DNA of 64,000 nucleotides from Albugo candida (Eukaryota): NCBI GenBank assembly GCA_040437565.1, contig JBDOQK010000002.1, positions 186,001 to 250,000 of the forward strand, read 5' to 3'. Shown piece by piece: positions 59,958 to 64,000 of this stretch (position 1 is its first letter; each line of letters starts with the position of its first letter). The notes under the pieces were generated by a model. It saw only the letters and a program-made list of their open reading frames with translations, ran no database searches and was not told where the DNA came from. The position numbers and the translations under genes were made by a program.

Positions 59958-61544
59958 TTACTTGACCTTGTCAGCGTCACCATCAAATTCTGGCTGCTGT
60001 TCTTTCCCGTATCTCGGAGCTGCTTTCACAACACTGACACTCGGCGCAGAAAGCATCGTTACAACTGGATACGCAATGTTTGGACACGCATAGTCAAAGC
60101 CTGCAAAATCGCGATCGTTCAAGTACGTGATATCATCTGAAGCATGAATTTTATGCGCTTGTTGCGTGAATTGCGGATCGAAATTGTTCACGAAATCATC
60201 GCCAACAGGTCCGGGTACAATCGGAGGCACAAGCTGACGTGCCTGAACCTTTGCCCAGTCGACTCGATCAAAAAAAGGATGTTTGCGAATTTCTGAAATT
60301 CCTTCATGGTACCCGAAACGATCCTCTTGATTTTTCACCAACAATCCCATCAGCAGACTTTTAAACGTGGCGCCAAAATTGCTCGGATATCGCACTGTTT
60401 GATACAGAATTCGCTGATGTGTCGCTTTCTGGCTCGATTGTGGGATGTAAAATGGCGGATACCCTGCAGCAAGCTCGAAAAGAAGACATCCAAATTGCCA
60501 CAAATCAACTGCGAGACCATGACCTTCAGGTGTACGATTCACCATTTCGGGAGGAAGGTAGGTATCCGTCCCACACATTGTCCGTGTGCGTCCATACTGC
60601 GACTCGAGTCGTTTCGCCAGCCCCATATCCGCAAGTTTGATGTGTCCTTCCATATCCAAAAGTATATTCTCAGGCTTGATATCTCGATGCAAAATGTGCA
60701 GTTTGTGCATGTGCTCGATCGCCAGTAGTAATTCAGCACCGTAGAAGCGAACAGTGCGTTCATCAAAACACCCTCCGTGGTTCTGCATATGGAGGAAAAG
60801 ATCACCACCAGCCATGAATTTCGATATCAGGAAAATCGATTTTCCTCGAGCGAGCGCGTAATCCAAGTTGAGAATGAATGGATGATTTGCTACCCATTCC
60901 ATGACGCATCTCTCTGTGTACAAAATCTTTGCTTTGACTTGGTTTGTTTTCATTTCCTTGATGGCGTACAGCTCTGTTTTCATCTCAGGCTTGAACTTTT
61001 TCGCAAGAATCACTCGTCCGTAATGTCCTTTGCCCAATACTTTAAGTGTTTCAAAGTCGCTCATTTTTGGAACCGCATTCTGAACGACAGCGACATGTTG
61101 TGTGAATTTCACACGCTCTTTTTCAGTATCTGCTGCGAAATAAATCCCTCCCCGCCCATTTTCAGCAGCGACGCAGAATACATAGCCTGCAGTGTCATCG
61201 TCAATCATTTTGATCGTGCAATTGGCGAGGTTGAGAAACTTGAAATTTCGCTCCACGGAGGCTGCACAATTTGCTGCTACTTCCTGCCCTAAAGCAGAGC
61301 TATTGATCACCATACGATAATAGACGAGATAGCTCGATTTGACCATGACGCAGTATTTGTTTGTACTCCAAATCGGAAGGAGTTGACGGCGTTTTCGAAA
61401 AGAATTCACATACGTCGGTGGTAAGGAGTGAATGAATTGTTTTGCATCTTCGGACAGAATCGTCTCCTTACGAGAGAATACATTCATCATGTCGGTGGTA
61501 GTTCTTTCTTCCTTTAAACTTTGTAGAGAAATTGCGAAATGCAA
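59958..61544 (-). CDS. PH-domain AGC Ser/Thr kinase (PKB/Akt- or S6K-like); 5' exon(s) unresolved
   Basis: PH-like region (YLVYY...IYFAADTEKERVKF), GKGHYGRV, YAIK, HRDIKPEN, DMG, TMCGT, AGC C-tail NFDPQFT and hydrophobic motif FAGFDY. Confidence 0.9.
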   Translation of the reverse strand: MHFAISLQSLKEERTTTDMMNVFSRKETILSEDAKQFIHSLPPTYVNSFRKRRQLLPIWSTNKYCVMVKSSYLVYYRMVINSSALGQEVAANCAASVERNFKFLNLANCTIKMIDDDTAGYVFCVAAENGRGGIYFAADTEKERVKFTQHVAVVQNAVPKMSDFETLKVLGKGHYGRVILAKKFKPEMKTELYAIKEMKTNQVKAKILYTERCVMEWVANHPFILNLDYALARGKSIFLISKFMAGGDLFLHMQNHGGCFDERTVRFYGAELLLAIEHMHKLHILHRDIKPENILLDMEGHIKLADMGLAKRLESQYGRTRTMCGTDTYLPPEMVNRTPEGHGLAVDLWQFGCLLFELAAGYPPFYIPQSSQKATHQRILYQTVRYPSNFGATFKSLLMGLLVKNQEDRFGYHEGISEIRKHPFFDRVDWAKVQARQLVPPIVPGPVGDDFVNNFDPQFTQQAHKIHASDDITYLNDRDFAGFDYACPNIAYPVVTMLSAPSVSVVKAAPRYGKEQQPEFDGDADKVK

Positions 61545-62011
61545 AGTAAGTAAATGAGAGTGAAGAACTCATCTTTCACGCGGCAGTCTGCGGATAAGAA
61601 AAGCAGGATGCAGTGTTTGGATATTTTTGGTGCTCATTTTTGTCCGATCTATAAATATTATGCAGCGTTACTCGTCGAGTGAGCAGTGTGTGCATTTGCA
61701 TCAAACGATTGTGTAAATGGAGAATCCGCTCAGCTTGTGGTAGTCGATAATTGTAAGAATTGAGATCGTGGAGCTGTAGTAGAGTTCCACGTAAGGGCTC
61801 CATTGACGGAGACAAGCGATAATGACGTGCTGAGAGTAGCGAGAAAACACTTATAATGCTTTAGCAATGAAGAAAGGCTGTGGTTGTCACTTATAACAAC
61901 TGAGGTCAAGCGCTGATACAGAGCTTTGCGTTCTGTCATCTTTCGTAGGGCTTCTATCGCGCACTAGAAAGCAGTCGTCGTTTATTAATAAATCCGAAAT
62001 GAGAGAGCACT

Positions 62012-64000
62012 ATGCTCGTTCCTTTTGAAATTCAATCCTCAGCCACCCGCAGACAAAAGAATGCGCTAGCACTACCAGGAAGTGTAGACGACGAAGGAAC
62101 ACATACTTTATCGCAATATTTCGAAGTACTTCTTCGCATTCTCTCGAGTACACACTACCGCATCAACAGCATCGAATTGTCACCCAGAAGGAATGTTTCG
62201 CCTTGTACCGTTCAGATATGGGGACACATGCAAGGATGGGGTCATTCTATCTACATGAGTAAGCCCGCACAAGAAGAGATGGAGTTCACATGCTTGGGGT
62301 TTTGCTTCTGCCTTCTTTTATTGCTTCCCTCCTCTCATATCCGTCTTACATAGTCAGCTACCATGGAGTCGGCACACTTTTGGCAGGAAGAAACTTGCGG
62401 TGATTTCACAGCAGTATAGTCGAATTAAACTCGTGGTTCTTTGTGAAGGATCGTGCATTTCGTCCACTTTTGATGTACGTCGTTCATGTGATGTATCATC
62501 AGTGCTCATGGCCCAAGTATAGGAAGCTTTCGACGAGGTTTTACTCCATGGATCATGTGGAAGGATCGACACAGAATCAGAGTGTATTGGTCGGGACGAT
62601 GATTTCCCATCATTTGGCGAAAGCGATTCGCTCGAACCAGCGCACATCAATGTGCGATCCCCACACTCCGCCATTTCTGTACGCCAAGCATCCAGTGATG
62701 TCTCCAGCAAAGCACGCTCGACCAGATCAAATTCAGGCACCAAACTCACCATTTTCGAGATCGCCTTAAGCCAAGTACTCGCGTCCCAGGAAAGACGAAA
62801 TCACATGCTTCGGACGGCATTCAGCGATGAAGAATTAAATACACTCGTTCCAATCCGAATGGAATCACAGAGAGCTCTCATTGTTACTGCTAGAATCAAA
62901 ATCATAATGTTCGCATTCGGTGCGTCTTTTACGTATCATTTACTCTCCCAGGAATTCTTCGGCATGGCAATATGTATTGAGCTCGTAGAACGTCTCACCC
63001 TGCTCACTACCAATGAATGTGGTGCTGAGTTCACATTGGAAAGTGTGACGGCACTTGTCTCCGAAACATTGGAAACTTTAGCGCTCCATAGCCCGACCAG
63101 TGATCCATCCGGCTACGATGCGGTCTTCAAATCGTGCATGCATCTCTTGTGCACAATGTATCAAGTCAGCACCGAGGAGAATGCGAGTTTGGGAATACTT
63201 CAGGCAACGCCTTCAGGTCCACTAACTGTGGCTTTGAGAAAAGTGTTGGAGGGCACGATTGTGCTGGAATGGGCCTGGAATTCTCTTACAAACGCTGTTT
63301 CGATTGGAAGGAATGTGGATATCACCATTCACGTCGAATTTTACAAATTTGTCAGAATACTTTTACAGCAAAGTCATACGCGAAACCTTTTGGCCCAAGT
63401 ACTGCTTCCTCAGGACGATAGAGTCTTATCTCAAAGCTCAGAACGAGGTCTTTTGCGTATGTATGCGGTGTGGCTAGACTGCACCTGCATCGCGTCGTAT
63501 GATTTGAGACCCATCTTAGCTCCCATTTCTGCCTTCTGTCGGCGGATTGCCAAGGATACCCAAAAGAACGCGTCTCTGCGCTCACTAGCACACCACTGCT
63601 ACTCTGCCGCATGTACGAACATGGACAACTACAAGCACCTTTTTCTGTCAAAGAAGCCTTTGCACGTGTTCCATTCCCCGCTATATGCTGTCCTGCCATT
63701 CAAATCCGAAGAAATGAAAGCGTTTACGATGCAATTGAGAAATGTCGATGACAAAGCGAGTGATTTATATCAGTACACATTCACTGCAGAGAGTATGAAT
63801 CATTGCGATTTCTCAAACAGTGGAGGAATCGAAGTGTTTAAGAAGAAAAACATCCAATTCAGAGGAAGTATCCATCATCGCGACCTCAACATTTTGAATG
63901 AAGTGAAGAGAGACGATTGTTCTTATTCCTCGACGCTCAGTGAGCCACGTTCGACGATTGAAAGGATGGAACTTGATACGCAGATGCAAGAGAGCACAAA
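62012..64000 (+). CDS. Large hypothetical protein, 5' part only (runs off the window end)
   Basis: After the 48-nt intron 62475-62522, one frame (EAFDEVLLHGSCGRIDTESE...MAICIELVERLTLL...LRMYAVWLDC...) stays open from 62523 to 64000. It is missing from the ORF track because it has no stop. Upstream exons are approximate. Confidence 0.75.

Noticed and set aside
62354-62752. 132-aa minus-strand ORF
   Set aside because: Antisense shadow of the spliced + strand gene starting near 62012.
1-64000. tRNA, rRNA or snRNA genes
   Set aside because: No cloverleaf or T-loop signatures and no U1/U2-type 5' ends recognised by eye. A covariance-model scan would be needed to exclude them fully.

Overview
Eukaryotic genomic DNA, inferred to be an oomycete and most plausibly Albugo-like. 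The evidence is compact genes, GT-AG introns mostly 48-60 nt long, an oomycete Inr/FPR core promoter and an oomycete-type GPCR-INPP fusion. About 20 protein-coding genes sit in dense blocks: kinesin-12, an HTH-UPRT fusion, a DHHC palmitoyltransferase, RPL32, COX11, DPH3, an inositol transporter, E(z), VTI1, a NUUM-like complex I subunit, a PH-coiled coil-WW protein, CEPT/EPT, a DUF1765-like protein, a small secreted repeat protein, 7TM-INPP4, legumain, SWC6, MINDY, a PH-AGC kinase and a large ORF running off the right end. Two gene-poor islands (about 7.4-15.5 kb and 33.3-41.3 kb) hold a decayed Tc1 DD34E element, two Mutator (MULE) relics, nested inverted repeats and possible decayed secreted-protein genes. 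There are eight 100-N scaffold gaps; seven have duplicated flanks and are assembly artefacts. The two most interesting signals are (1) a CENP-B/psq-type HTH fused to a catalytically degenerate uracil phosphoribosyltransferase, a candidate PurR/PyrR-like nucleotide-sensing regulator in a eukaryote, and (2) a 7TM receptor with a large Cys-rich ectodomain fused to an intact INPP4 lipid phosphatase. All calls come from reading the sequence; no database searches were run.
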